Origin: Bacteroidales bacterium
GTDB lineage: Bacteria > Bacteroidota > Bacteroidia > Bacteroidales > VadinHA17
Assembly: GCA_031396165.1 (NCBI GenBank)
Contig: JANNKF010000444.1
Span: forward strand, 1-47,548
Reading direction: 5' to 3'
DNA: 47,548 nucleotides
Made by a program: the position numbers and the translations under genes. The notes below the pieces were generated by a model that had not been told where the DNA came from, did not search any database, and saw only the letters and a program-made list of their open reading frames with translations. How positions within the stretch are numbered: position 1 is the first letter of the stretch; the number at the start of each line of letters is the position of its first letter. Shown one piece after another: positions 31,784-40,040 of the stretch.

Positions 31784-32353
31784 TTATATTTTAAGCCAGT
31801 TCTGAATAATCTGCCTGCCATATTTTGTCATTACAGATTCGGGATGAAATTGTACTCCCCTGACATCCAGCGTCTTGTGAGATAACGCCATAACACTTCC
31901 TGCTTCATCCCTTGCCGTAATTGTCAGTTCAACGGGAAGTTTGTTTTCATTTACCACCCATGAGTGATATCTTCCCGCTGTGAATGTATCAGGGATTTCA
32001 GTAAAGAGTTTTTCTTTCCTCTCCTGAATAAAAATTTTTGTTTCCACCCCATGGAAGACAGTATCAAGATTTCTCAGGCTGCCACCAAATGCTTCGGCAA
32101 TTGCCTGACATCCAAGACATACGCCAAATATACTTTTCGATTGAGCAAACTGAGTTATCATAGCCTTTGTTATTCCGGCCTGATCCGGGAGCCCCGGACC
32201 CGGGGATATTAAGATCTTGTCATATTTCTTTATTTCCTCAAGAGTTATCTCATCATTTCTGAAAACATCAACAGCGCTATTTGTCAATTCTTTAAGAAGA
32301 TGAACAAGGTTGTATGTGAATGAGTCGTAATTGTCGAGTACCAGAATTTTCAT
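31784..32353 (-). CDS. trpG: Anthranilate synthase component II
   Basis: LDNYDSFTYNL, SPGPG, GVCLG, QFHPES. Confidence 0.97.
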   Translation of the reverse strand: MKILVLDNYDSFTYNLVHLLKELTNSAVDVFRNDEITLEEIKKYDKILISPGPGLPDQAGITKAMITQFAQSKSIFGVCLGCQAIAEAFGGSLRNLDTVFHGVETKIFIQERKEKLFTEIPDTFTAGRYHSWVVNENKLPVELTITARDEAGSVMALSHKTLDVRGVQFHPESVMTKYGRQIIQNWLKI

Positions 32354-32374
32354 ACTTTTTGATAGTTTAATTTA

Positions 32375-32534
32375 TATAAGTATCTGAAATCATACATTGA
32401 CCCTCATTGATTTTCTTCGTTTACCCCAACCCCATGGGGAGCGAAGAAAATCAATTTACTCCCCTTGGGGATGGGGTAAATAAATTGATTTTCAAGCGTT
32501 TTGGATTTTGAATGTATTATTACCGAAAGTCATC
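32375..32534 (+). mobile_element. MITE-like element, copy between trpE and trpG, with degenerate terminal repeats
   Basis: Core 32404-32503 is 93/100 identical to 34217-34316; ends match the 19-bp TIR at 16/19 and 14/19. Confidence 0.85.
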
Positions 32535-32545
32535 TTAATTTATAT

Positions 32546-33967
32546 TTATATTTCTGTAGCCATTGAAATAGCTGCTTTCAATGCTCCGAGTTTATTATTT
32601 ACTTCATTTAATTCATTTTCTTCCACAGATGCTGCCACGATGCCGGCTCCGGCCTGATAATGAAGAGTATTATTCCTGCTTAGAAATGAACGGATCGTTA
32701 TTGCGTGATTAATATCGCCGTTAAAGCCAATATATCCGATTGCACCTCCATAGAATCCCCGTTTAGAGTTCTCATATTTATCTATAAGCTCCATTGCTTT
32801 GAATTTAGGAGCTCCTGAAAGGGTTCCTGCCGGAAATGAGTCTCCAAATATGCGGATTGGATTATACCCTTTTTTCAGATCCCCTTTTACTTCCGATACA
32901 AGGTGAATAACATGGGAATAGAACTGGACTTCCCTGAAAGTTTCAACACTTACATTATCTGAATTGCGGCTCAGATCATTTCTTGCAAGATCAACAAGCA
33001 TTACATGTTCGGAATTTTCCTTTTTGTCATTTGCAAGATCAATTGCGAGGAGTCTGTCCTGTTCATCATCACCTGATCGTTTGAAAGTGCCGGCGATCGG
33101 ATTTATTCTAGCAACTCCTTTTTCAATAACCAGCTGAGCCTCAGGTGATGAACCGAATAACTTGTATCCTCCATAATCGAAATAAAAAAGGTACGGTGAG
33201 GGATTAATATTCCGGAGAGCCCTGTAGACATTAAATTCATCTCCTCTGAATTTTCTGCTGAAATGACGTGAGAGAACAATCTGAAATACGTCACCAAGAT
33301 GGCAGTGTTTTTTACCCTTTTTTACCATTTCAATAAAATCCTCATCTGACAAATCTGTCTTCTCCTCTTCGGATGTACTGAACTGAAATGAGGCAAGACT
33401 GCGGTTTCGTAGTAAACTCTTTACATCTTCGACCTTACTCTTTTCACCTTCAGGAAGGTTCTCTACAAGAATAATCCTGTTGTTAAAATGGTTAATGGCA
33501 ATAATGTACCTGTAGACGGAATAATGAAGGTCGGGAATCTGGTATTCACCGGGCTTTTTTCTGAGCAAACTTATATCCTCAAAATATTGTACAGCATCAT
33601 ATGAACAGTAACCAAAGAGTCCGTTAGTTGCAGGACCTGAAGCCCCTAATGAATTATAGACGATAAATGACTTTCTGAATGAATTTAATGTTTCAGGAAG
33701 AGTGTTTTTATCCTTTATCGAGGTTTTCTCTTTTTCACCTGACAAATAACTTATAGTTATCTGGTAATTTTCAACTATAAACTCAGACAAAACATCGAAA
33801 CATATGTAGCTCATACTATTGCTGTTACCATGATAGTCTGAACTTTCAAGCAGAATGGTGTTTGGATATTTATCCCTGATCTTCAGATAAATTGTTACAG
33901 GAGTAATTATGTCTGCCAGTCCGGGGGGGAACGGGTGCACACTAGTTATCAGTTTTATTTCTTTCAT
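32546..33967 (-). CDS. trpE: Anthranilate synthase component I
   Basis: LLESS, GDVFQIVLS, NPSPY, EHVMLVDLARND, PAGTLSGAPK. Confidence 0.98.
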   Translation of the reverse strand: MKEIKLITSVHPFPPGLADIITPVTIYLKIRDKYPNTILLESSDYHGNSNSMSYICFDVLSEFIVENYQITISYLSGEKEKTSIKDKNTLPETLNSFRKSFIVYNSLGASGPATNGLFGYCSYDAVQYFEDISLLRKKPGEYQIPDLHYSVYRYIIAINHFNNRIILVENLPEGEKSKVEDVKSLLRNRSLASFQFSTSEEEKTDLSDEDFIEMVKKGKKHCHLGDVFQIVLSRHFSRKFRGDEFNVYRALRNINPSPYLFYFDYGGYKLFGSSPEAQLVIEKGVARINPIAGTFKRSGDDEQDRLLAIDLANDKKENSEHVMLVDLARNDLSRNSDNVSVETFREVQFYSHVIHLVSEVKGDLKKGYNPIRIFGDSFPAGTLSGAPKFKAMELIDKYENSKRGFYGGAIGYIGFNGDINHAITIRSFLSRNNTLHYQAGAGIVAASVEENELNEVNNKLGALKAAISMATEI

Positions 33968-33989
33968 ATCGGGTAATACACATTTGATT

Positions 33990-34027
33990 AAAAACAGAGC
34001 GACCTGCCGAAAGCCCGACAGGTCGCT
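33990..34027 (-). terminator. trp attenuator terminator hairpin
   Basis: Minus strand AGCGACCTGTCG-GGCTTT-CGGCAGGTCGCT (12-bp stem, one G-U) followed by CTGTTTTT, just upstream of trpE. Confidence 0.9.
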
Positions 34028-34060
34028 GTTATATAATTAACAAAGCAGTGCTATCTTACC

Positions 34061-34114
34061 TCAGGCTTTTGCCGGAAAGATCTGCCACCACCAGTTGTTG
34101 TTTAATAGTTTCAT
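34061..34114 (-). CDS. trpL: trp operon leader peptide MKLLNNNWWWQIFPAKA
   Basis: Read by hand: ATG AAA CTA TTA AAC AAC AAC TGG TGG TGG CAG ATC TTT CCG GCA AAA GCC TGA; directly upstream of the terminator and trpE. Confidence 0.93.
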   Translation of the reverse strand: MKLLNNNWWWQIFPAKA

Positions 34115-34132
34115 GCTTTTTATTTCTGAATA

Positions 34133-34166
34133 CAAAGTAACGAAATATTTAAGAAAATATCTCAAA
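34133..34166 (-). promoter_or_regulatory. Putative trp promoter (-7 TTACTTTG, -33 TTTG)
   Basis: One-mismatch TAnnTTTG at 34133-34140 with TTTG 22 nt upstream; 18 nt before the leader ATG. Confidence 0.5.
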
Positions 34167-34187
34167 AAGATTGTAAATATTTTATTT

Positions 34188-34348
34188 TATGAGTATCGGC
34201 AATCATGCATATAGATTCATTGATTTTCTTCGATTACCCCGACCCCATGGGGAGCGAAGAAAATCAATTTACTCCCCTTGGGGCTGGGGTAATTGTATTG
34301 ATTTTCAAGCATTTTGCATTATCTTATTTATGATTGCCGATACTCATA
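34188..34348 (+). mobile_element. MITE-like element, intact copy (161 bp) with perfect 19-bp terminal inverted repeats
   Basis: TATGAGTATCGGCAATCAT (34188-34206) and ATGATTGCCGATACTCATA (34330-34348); two further copies in the window. Confidence 0.88.
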
Positions 34349-34386
34349 TCTTATTTTATTGCCTCAATCGTTACAAATGGTAACTT

Positions 34387-34740
34387 TTATTCCACAAATT
34401 CTGCATTATCAAAGTTCCGGGTGTGAAAGGTTTCCTTCCGCTTTCTTACCCTTGTGGCACCTTTACTGCCGAAGAATCCCCATCCACCACTTCCCAGAAG
34501 GAAACCAAGGGCATATAACCCTCCGTTGTTATTCTGTGCAAACATAGTTATTTCATTATTAAACAACATTGCGATAAAATCGAATGGAGCAATAAATCCA
34601 TGCCATAAACCCCCGAAAAAACCATACTTATGTCCGGTTAGACATGGTTCAACTGCTTCATTCTGAGCACACCCCGATAGTATTATAACTGCTGCCAGCA
34701 AAAGAAAAAACAGATACTTTTGAGAATTAATAGTTTTCAT
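34387..34740 (-). CDS. Hypothetical lipoprotein / membrane protein
   Basis: Lipobox LSGC; GFFGGLWHGFIAP and NNNGGLYALGFLLG hydrophobic segments. Confidence 0.8.
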   Translation of the reverse strand: MKTINSQKYLFFLLLAAVIILSGCAQNEAVEPCLTGHKYGFFGGLWHGFIAPFDFIAMLFNNEITMFAQNNNGGLYALGFLLGSGGWGFFGSKGATRVRKRKETFHTRNFDNAEFVE

Positions 34741-34785
34741 ATGTTACAGGATTTGGTTGTTTTAATAATTATTCATTCTAAGTAA

Positions 34786-35316
34786 TTAAAAGAGAGACAG
34801 TTCGATTGATTTTCCGGAATACTTCCTTTCGTGCTCAAGAAGCCATTTTTTTCTTTTTAGTCCGCCACCGTAACCGGTCAGACTCCCGTCAGAGCCGATA
34901 ACCCTGTGGCAGGGAATAACTATTGCTATCCTGTTCATTCCGTTGGCATGAGCTACTGCCCTTATGGAATCCGGATTTCCCAAAGCAATTGATTGTTCCA
35001 GGTAGGAGCGAGTTGAACCATAGGGTATACTCATAAGTTCATTCCAGACCCTCTTTTGAAACGTTGAACCTGCCATTATCAGAGGTAATTTAAACTCTTT
35101 TCTTGCGCCTTCAAAATACTCTGACAATTGTGTCCGGATTAAATTAAAGTATTCATTTTCACCTTCCTGAATTGTTGTATTGAAATACTTTTCAAGGTCC
35201 TTGTACTCTTTGCCAAGTATCTTTCTGTCAGCAAACTCCAGTAAGCAGATACCCCCTTCATTTGCACCTGCAATCAGAGTGCCGAGTTCTGTTTCTATGC
35301 TGGTAGTCGTTATCAT
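34786..35316 (-). CDS. ogt: Methylated-DNA--protein-cysteine methyltransferase
   Basis: IPYG, RAVA, IPCHRV active site, GYGGG. Confidence 0.96.
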   Translation of the reverse strand: MITTTSIETELGTLIAGANEGGICLLEFADRKILGKEYKDLEKYFNTTIQEGENEYFNLIRTQLSEYFEGARKEFKLPLIMAGSTFQKRVWNELMSIPYGSTRSYLEQSIALGNPDSIRAVAHANGMNRIAIVIPCHRVIGSDGSLTGYGGGLKRKKWLLEHERKYSGKSIELSLF

Positions 35317-35338
35317 AATAGAACCCTGATTTGGATAA

Positions 35339-35536
35339 TTACTTCTTTTTCCCAGTCAGCAATGCCGTTGCCAGTCCGGCAATGAATAGTCCCAAACTTC
35401 CGGCAACCAGCATTTTCTTTCTTTTTTGTTCATCATTTGTCATTTCATTCCATGGTTTCTGACTTTTGCTGAATAACAGAATAACCACCAGAATGAGGGC
35501 GATGGCTGCGACTGCAATTGCTATAATTCTGATCAT
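35339..35536 (-). CDS. Small two-TM membrane protein
   Basis: Two hydrophobic helices with a basic linker and KKK tail; short spacing to co-oriented neighbours. Confidence 0.75.
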   Translation of the reverse strand: MIRIIAIAVAAIALILVVILLFSKSQKPWNEMTNDEQKRKKMLVAGSLGLFIAGLATALLTGKKK

Positions 35537-35563
35537 ATAATAAAAATTTAATGTTTCAGCATT

Positions 35564-35986
35564 TTAATGCGGGAGTTTAACCCTGGTTGATTTTATAAAC
35601 TTAGCGTTTCTGAATCTCATTGCTGACCAGTCATCATCTATTGAAACAAGACGGATCCCATGAAATCCTGAATCATTTAAAATATTCCACCCATGGTCAC
35701 GATCAATGTCAGATTTATATTTTTTTGAGCTCTTTTTCGGATAACAATACCAGAGAACTCCATCAGCTACAAGATTGTGCAGCGCGATACAGGTAATCTT
35801 GTTTACTTCAGAAATACTCTTTACGAAGAGTATTATGAAGCTGTAGGGATACCGCGGGTCAATCTCCCTGTCAATCATAACATTCGGAAGATTCTCCGAA
35901 AGTGCAGAAGCAAAACCCTCCTCAGAATTTATCAATGCAATCCGGTCCTGTCCTTTATAATTGAATTTCTCAAGCAGCTTCTGCAT
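35564..35986 (-). CDS. Conserved hypothetical protein (DUF3052-like)
   Basis: LWYCYPKKSS, DIDRDHGW, IDDDWSAMRFR motifs. Confidence 0.75.
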   Translation of the reverse strand: MQKLLEKFNYKGQDRIALINSEEGFASALSENLPNVMIDREIDPRYPYSFIILFVKSISEVNKITCIALHNLVADGVLWYCYPKKSSKKYKSDIDRDHGWNILNDSGFHGIRLVSIDDDWSAMRFRNAKFIKSTRVKLPH

Positions 35987-36045
35987 ATCCTTTTTCTAAT
36001 TTGACGCCTAAATTACAATAAATATATTTATCCGCTAAAAAACGT

Positions 36046-36053
36046 TATCTTTG
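36046..36053 (+). promoter_or_regulatory. Bacteroidetes -7 promoter element TATCTTTG
   Basis: Exact TAnnTTTG match immediately 5' of the riboswitch. Confidence 0.75.
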
Positions 36054-36057
36054 TGAT

Positions 36058-36145
36058 ATCAAAATGGGGTGCCTTAATACTACGGGCTGAGATCATACCC
36101 TTAAACCTGATCCGGGTAATGCCGGCGGAGGGAAGAAAGAGTATC
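36058..36145 (+). ncRNA. TPP riboswitch
   Basis: GGGGTGCC...GGGCTGAGA...ACCC...ACCTGATCCGGGTAATGCCGGCGGAGGGAA THI-box consensus upstream of thiamine genes. Confidence 0.97.
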
Positions 36146-36205
36146 ATATAAATCAGCAGTATGCAATGGCCTCATTTACTTGATGTTAAATTTTATTTAA
36201 TATTT

Positions 36206-38644
36206 ATGGAAATGAAAAAGTTGCTTTTTTATATTGTGTTGATTCTGATACCTGTCATTTCCGATGCGGTTCCTTATCAGGAAAATATTCCGGGTATTAA
36301 AGGCAGGGTGACAGATATGAATTCAGTTCCATTGGCAGGAGCAGCTATTACAATAGAAAATTCCAATATCGGGGTAATATCTGATACTGATGGCAATTAC
36401 GAGTTATCAGGTCTAAAAGATGGTGTATATAATCTCCGGTTCTCATTTCTGGGTTATGAGAGTGTTTCAAGGAAGGTAGTTCTCAAAGGAGAGATTATTT
36501 TAAATGTTACTCTCCTCGAAATGGCGTTTTTGACAGACAATGTTACAGTGAGCTCCACGAGGGCAGGGGAACATTCACCACTGGCATATTCAACAATTGA
36601 CAAAGAGTTGATCAGAAAGCATAACTCAGGTTCTGATATGCCCTACCTGTTAAGCCTTACGCCCTCTCTTGTGGAAACCTCAGAAGCAGGGAATGGTATT
36701 GGTTATACTTCACTTCGTATAAGGGGTACTGATGGGAACAGAATAAATGTAACAATCGATGGTATTCCTCTGAACGACCCTGAATCGCAGCAGGTTTTCT
36801 GGGTCGATTTGCCCGATCTGGCCTCTTCTGTCGAGAACATACAGGTGCAAAGAGGAGCAGGAACAAGTACCAATGGAGCAGGAGCCTTCGGGGCAACAAT
36901 AAGTGTTCAGACAAGCAATCCGCAGAATGAACCGTTTGCAGAAGTAAATTCATCGGCAGGTTCATTTAATACATTCAAGAATGTTGTCTCAGCCGGAAGC
37001 GGACTTCTGGGAGGAAAATTTGCCTTACAGATGCGGTATTCCGATATTAAAAGCGACGGATATATAAAAAGAACCGGTTCTGATCACCGTTCAGCATATA
37101 TTAATGGTGTTATGAGAACCAGTCGCTCACTGCTGAAAGCCAATATAATTCTCGGTGAAGAGCATACAGGAATAGGCTGGTGGGGAGTTCCGAAAGAAAT
37201 GTTATCCATCGACAGAAGATATAATCCTGCCGGAGAATACACTGATAATGAAGGTAATATACACTATTACTCAAATGAGAGTGACAACTATGTACAGAAT
37301 CATTTTCAACTTATATACACCCTAAAGATCAATAATCAATTCTCATTTAATACAGCACTTCATTATACTATGGGCAGAGGTTATTATGAAGAGTACCGTC
37401 AGGATCAGTCCCTGGCCGATTATGGAATATCTTCATTCAGTATTGGCGATTCATCGATTACATCCACCGATATGGTAAGAAGGAAATGGCTTTCGAATGA
37501 TTTCTATGGAGCTGTCTATTCTCTTAAATATAAAAACGATCGTGTAGAGGCAGTTGCAGGTGGCGGAATGAACCTCTATCTGGGTGACCATTTCGGTAAT
37601 ATTACCTGGATGAGCAATGCAGGAAGCACAGAGAAAGATTACAGATGGTATCTTAACAAATCGAGAAAAGGCGAGATCAGCCTCTATGGAAAAGTCAATT
37701 ATTCTTTATCAGATATTACAAGTGTTTTTGGTGATATGCAGTACCGGCATGTGTTTTACAAAATGACTGGTATTGATGACGATCTCAAGAGTATCGACCA
37801 AAAACATAATTTTGATTTTTTTAACCCGAAAGCCGGCTTGTTTTTTTCAATCAGTTCTGCACAGGATGCATACATCTCATTTTCAGTAGCTAACAGGGAG
37901 CCGACACGTATAGATTTCAAGGAGGCTTCGGGCGATCCGGGAGCAACTCCTGAGTCTGAGACTCTTTACGATACTGAAGTGGGCTATACCCTCAGATCGG
38001 GAAAAAGCTCATTTGCAGCTAATCTTTATGGAATGATCTATAAAAACCAATTGGTACCTACAGGTGAATTGAGTGATGTTGGCTATTCCATTATGACAAA
38101 TGTCCCAAAGAGCTACAGGGCAGGTATAGAGCTCATTGCGACTGTCAGGCTTTCAGAGGTTATAAACTGGAATCTTAATATGACAGTGAGCAGGAATAAA
38201 ATCCTCAACTTTACGGAACACTATATAGAGTATGACACTACAGACTGGTCATATTCAAATGTACGCAAGGAACTGGGAGAGGTTAATATTGCATACTCAC
38301 CTTCGTTTACCGGAACGAGCGACCTTTCATTCAGGATTTCAAAACAAATAGGTACCCATTTTATCAGCAAGTTTGTAGGCAGACAATTTATCGACAATAC
38401 AATGGACCCTGGAAGGGATTTGGATCCGTACTTTGTTAATAACCTGAGGATAGATTATAATCCGGTATTGAGAAATATTAAAGGTGTTGAGATCCAGCTT
38501 CTAGTGAACAATATTTTTAATAACCTTTATGAAAGTAATGGTTATGGCGGAAACTGGTATGAAAATGGAATTGAAAAGAGCTGGTCGTATTTTTTCCCGC
38601 AGGCAGGAATAAATTATATGTGCAGAATAGGGCTAAAGTTCTGA
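36206..38644 (+). CDS. TonB-dependent receptor, predicted thiamine uptake (start 36206 or 36212)
   Basis: Signal peptide, CarboxypepD-like N-domain, plug motif RIRG...NVTIDGIPLND...VQRG, terminal F; follows the TPP riboswitch. Confidence 0.92.
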   Translation: MEMKKLLFYIVLILIPVISDAVPYQENIPGIKGRVTDMNSVPLAGAAITIENSNIGVISDTDGNYELSGLKDGVYNLRFSFLGYESVSRKVVLKGEIILNVTLLEMAFLTDNVTVSSTRAGEHSPLAYSTIDKELIRKHNSGSDMPYLLSLTPSLVETSEAGNGIGYTSLRIRGTDGNRINVTIDGIPLNDPESQQVFWVDLPDLASSVENIQVQRGAGTSTNGAGAFGATISVQTSNPQNEPFAEVNSSAGSFNTFKNVVSAGSGLLGGKFALQMRYSDIKSDGYIKRTGSDHRSAYINGVMRTSRSLLKANIILGEEHTGIGWWGVPKEMLSIDRRYNPAGEYTDNEGNIHYYSNESDNYVQNHFQLIYTLKINNQFSFNTALHYTMGRGYYEEYRQDQSLADYGISSFSIGDSSITSTDMVRRKWLSNDFYGAVYSLKYKNDRVEAVAGGGMNLYLGDHFGNITWMSNAGSTEKDYRWYLNKSRKGEISLYGKVNYSLSDITSVFGDMQYRHVFYKMTGIDDDLKSIDQKHNFDFFNPKAGLFFSISSAQDAYISFSVANREPTRIDFKEASGDPGATPESETLYDTEVGYTLRSGKSSFAANLYGMIYKNQLVPTGELSDVGYSIMTNVPKSYRAGIELIATVRLSEVINWNLNMTVSRNKILNFTEHYIEYDTTDWSYSNVRKELGEVNIAYSPSFTGTSDLSFRISKQIGTHFISKFVGRQFIDNTMDPGRDLDPYFVNNLRIDYNPVLRNIKGVEIQLLVNNIFNNLYESNGYGGNWYENGIEKSWSYFFPQAGINYMCRIGLKF

Positions 38645-38660
38645 TAATCAATAAATTACA

Positions 38661-39380
38661 ATGCAAATAAGTAATTGGATATCAGATAATTACATAGAGA
38701 TTTTCGGAGCAATTACCGGAATAATATATGTGTTTCTCGAGATCAGGCAGAGCATCTGGTTGTGGCCGGTAGGGATTGTGACATCGGCGGTTTATATTCT
38801 TGTGTTCTTTACAAGCAAGTTTTATGCTGACATGTCGTTGCAGGGATATTACCTGGTAATAAGTGGTATGGGATGGTATTGGTGGGTAAAAGGCGCAGGG
38901 CGCAGGGCGGGAGGCACAGGGCTCAGAGCACAGGACGCAGGGCGAAATGATGTGGGTGAAGAGGAGAGTGGGCGAAAGGGTGACTTTGAGACCGGAGACC
39001 GAAAACCGGAGACCGAAGAGAAAACAGGATTATTTGTAAGAAGGTTAAAGCGGAAAACCGGTTTGATTCTGGCAGCCGTATTTGTATTTTTATATACTGG
39101 AATATGGCTGGTTCTTACAAAACTTACCGATTCGCCGGTACCGGAGTGGGATTCATTTATAACATCATTATCAATCATAGCTACATGGATGCTGGCCAGA
39201 AAGAAATATGAACACTGGTATCTGTGGATTATTGTAAATTTCGTTTCAGCAGTTCTTTTTGCAATCAGGGGTCTGTATCCGACAGTTGTATTATATTTGG
39301 TATACGGAATTATGTCGTTCGTGGGTCTGACTGCGTGGAAGAAAACAATAGTGATCGATATAAAAGGAAGTGAAACATGA
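38661..39380 (+). CDS. pnuC: PnuC-family transporter, predicted thiamine-specific (PnuT type)
   Basis: WLWPVG, LQGYY, GWYWW, DSFIT, EHWYLWIIVN; context between TBDR and thiN. Confidence 0.92.
   Translation: MQISNWISDNYIEIFGAITGIIYVFLEIRQSIWLWPVGIVTSAVYILVFFTSKFYADMSLQGYYLVISGMGWYWWVKGAGRRAGGTGLRAQDAGRNDVGEEESGRKGDFETGDRKPETEEKTGLFVRRLKRKTGLILAAVFVFLYTGIWLVLTKLTDSPVPEWDSFITSLSIIATWMLARKKYEHWYLWIIVNFVSAVLFAIRGLYPTVVLYLVYGIMSFVGLTAWKKTIVIDIKGSET
38890..39015 (+). repeat. Stack of three microrepeat arrays inside pnuC
   Basis: 8x 7-mer ~AGGGCGC (38890-38945), 4x 8-mer ~RWGGGYGA (38952-38983), 4x 7-mer GAGACCG (38988-39015). Confidence 0.85.
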
Positions 39381-40009
39381 ATGACACCTCAATGACTCAC
39401 ACAGTAATCATTGCTGACGGAACCTTCCCGTCACATTCAGTTCCTTTGGAATACATTAGAAATGCCCGAAGAATAATCTGTTGCGACGGCAGCGCAGATA
39501 ATACTCTTCTTGTCGGATTTTCTCCCTATGCAATAGTAGGTGATATGGATTCATTAAGCGAGGATCTGGCAAACAGGTTTGCCGACCGTATCTTTCGCGA
39601 CGAAGATCAGGAAACAAATGACCTTACCAAAGCAGTGAACTGGTGCAGGGAGAGCGGGTACAAGGATCTTGTAATCGTTGGGGCAACCGGCAAACGCGAA
39701 GACCACACAATTGGAAATATTTCACTCCTGGCTGAATATATTAAGGATGTGAATGTTATAATGGTTACTGACACAGGGATTTTTCAACCCCTTTTGAAAA
39801 GTTCCACCATATCTTCGTTTCGCGGACAGCAGGTTTCTATATTTTCTATTGACCCTGAAACTGAAATAACCACTTCCGGATTGAAGTATCCAATCACCAG
39901 ATCTAAAATAGGAAACTGGTGGATGGCTACGTTGAATGAGGCGCTTGGAGATAATTTCTCCATTGAATTCAGAAGCGGCAGGCTAATCGTTTACCTGAAA
40001 TTTAAGTAG
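39377..40009 (+). CDS. thiN: Thiamine pyrophosphokinase
   Basis: CCDGS, VGDMDS, DQETNDLTKA, GATGKREDH, GLKYP. Confidence 0.95.
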   Translation: MNDTSMTHTVIIADGTFPSHSVPLEYIRNARRIICCDGSADNTLLVGFSPYAIVGDMDSLSEDLANRFADRIFRDEDQETNDLTKAVNWCRESGYKDLVIVGATGKREDHTIGNISLLAEYIKDVNVIMVTDTGIFQPLLKSSTISSFRGQQVSIFSIDPETEITTSGLKYPITRSKIGNWWMATLNEALGDNFSIEFRSGRLIVYLKFK

Positions 40010-40035
40010 ACCGCAAGACCGCAAGACCGCAAGAC
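40008..40035 (+). repeat. Tandem octamer AGACCGCA x3.5
   Basis: Perfect repeat filling the gap between two convergent stop codons. Confidence 0.9.
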
Positions 40036-40040
40036 AATAA

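Noticed and set aside
34189-34383. 64-aa ORF MSIGNH... starting in the MITE left TIR
   Set aside because: The sibling copy lacks the ATG (ATA at that position); no transposase-like features; likely a repeat-derived artefact
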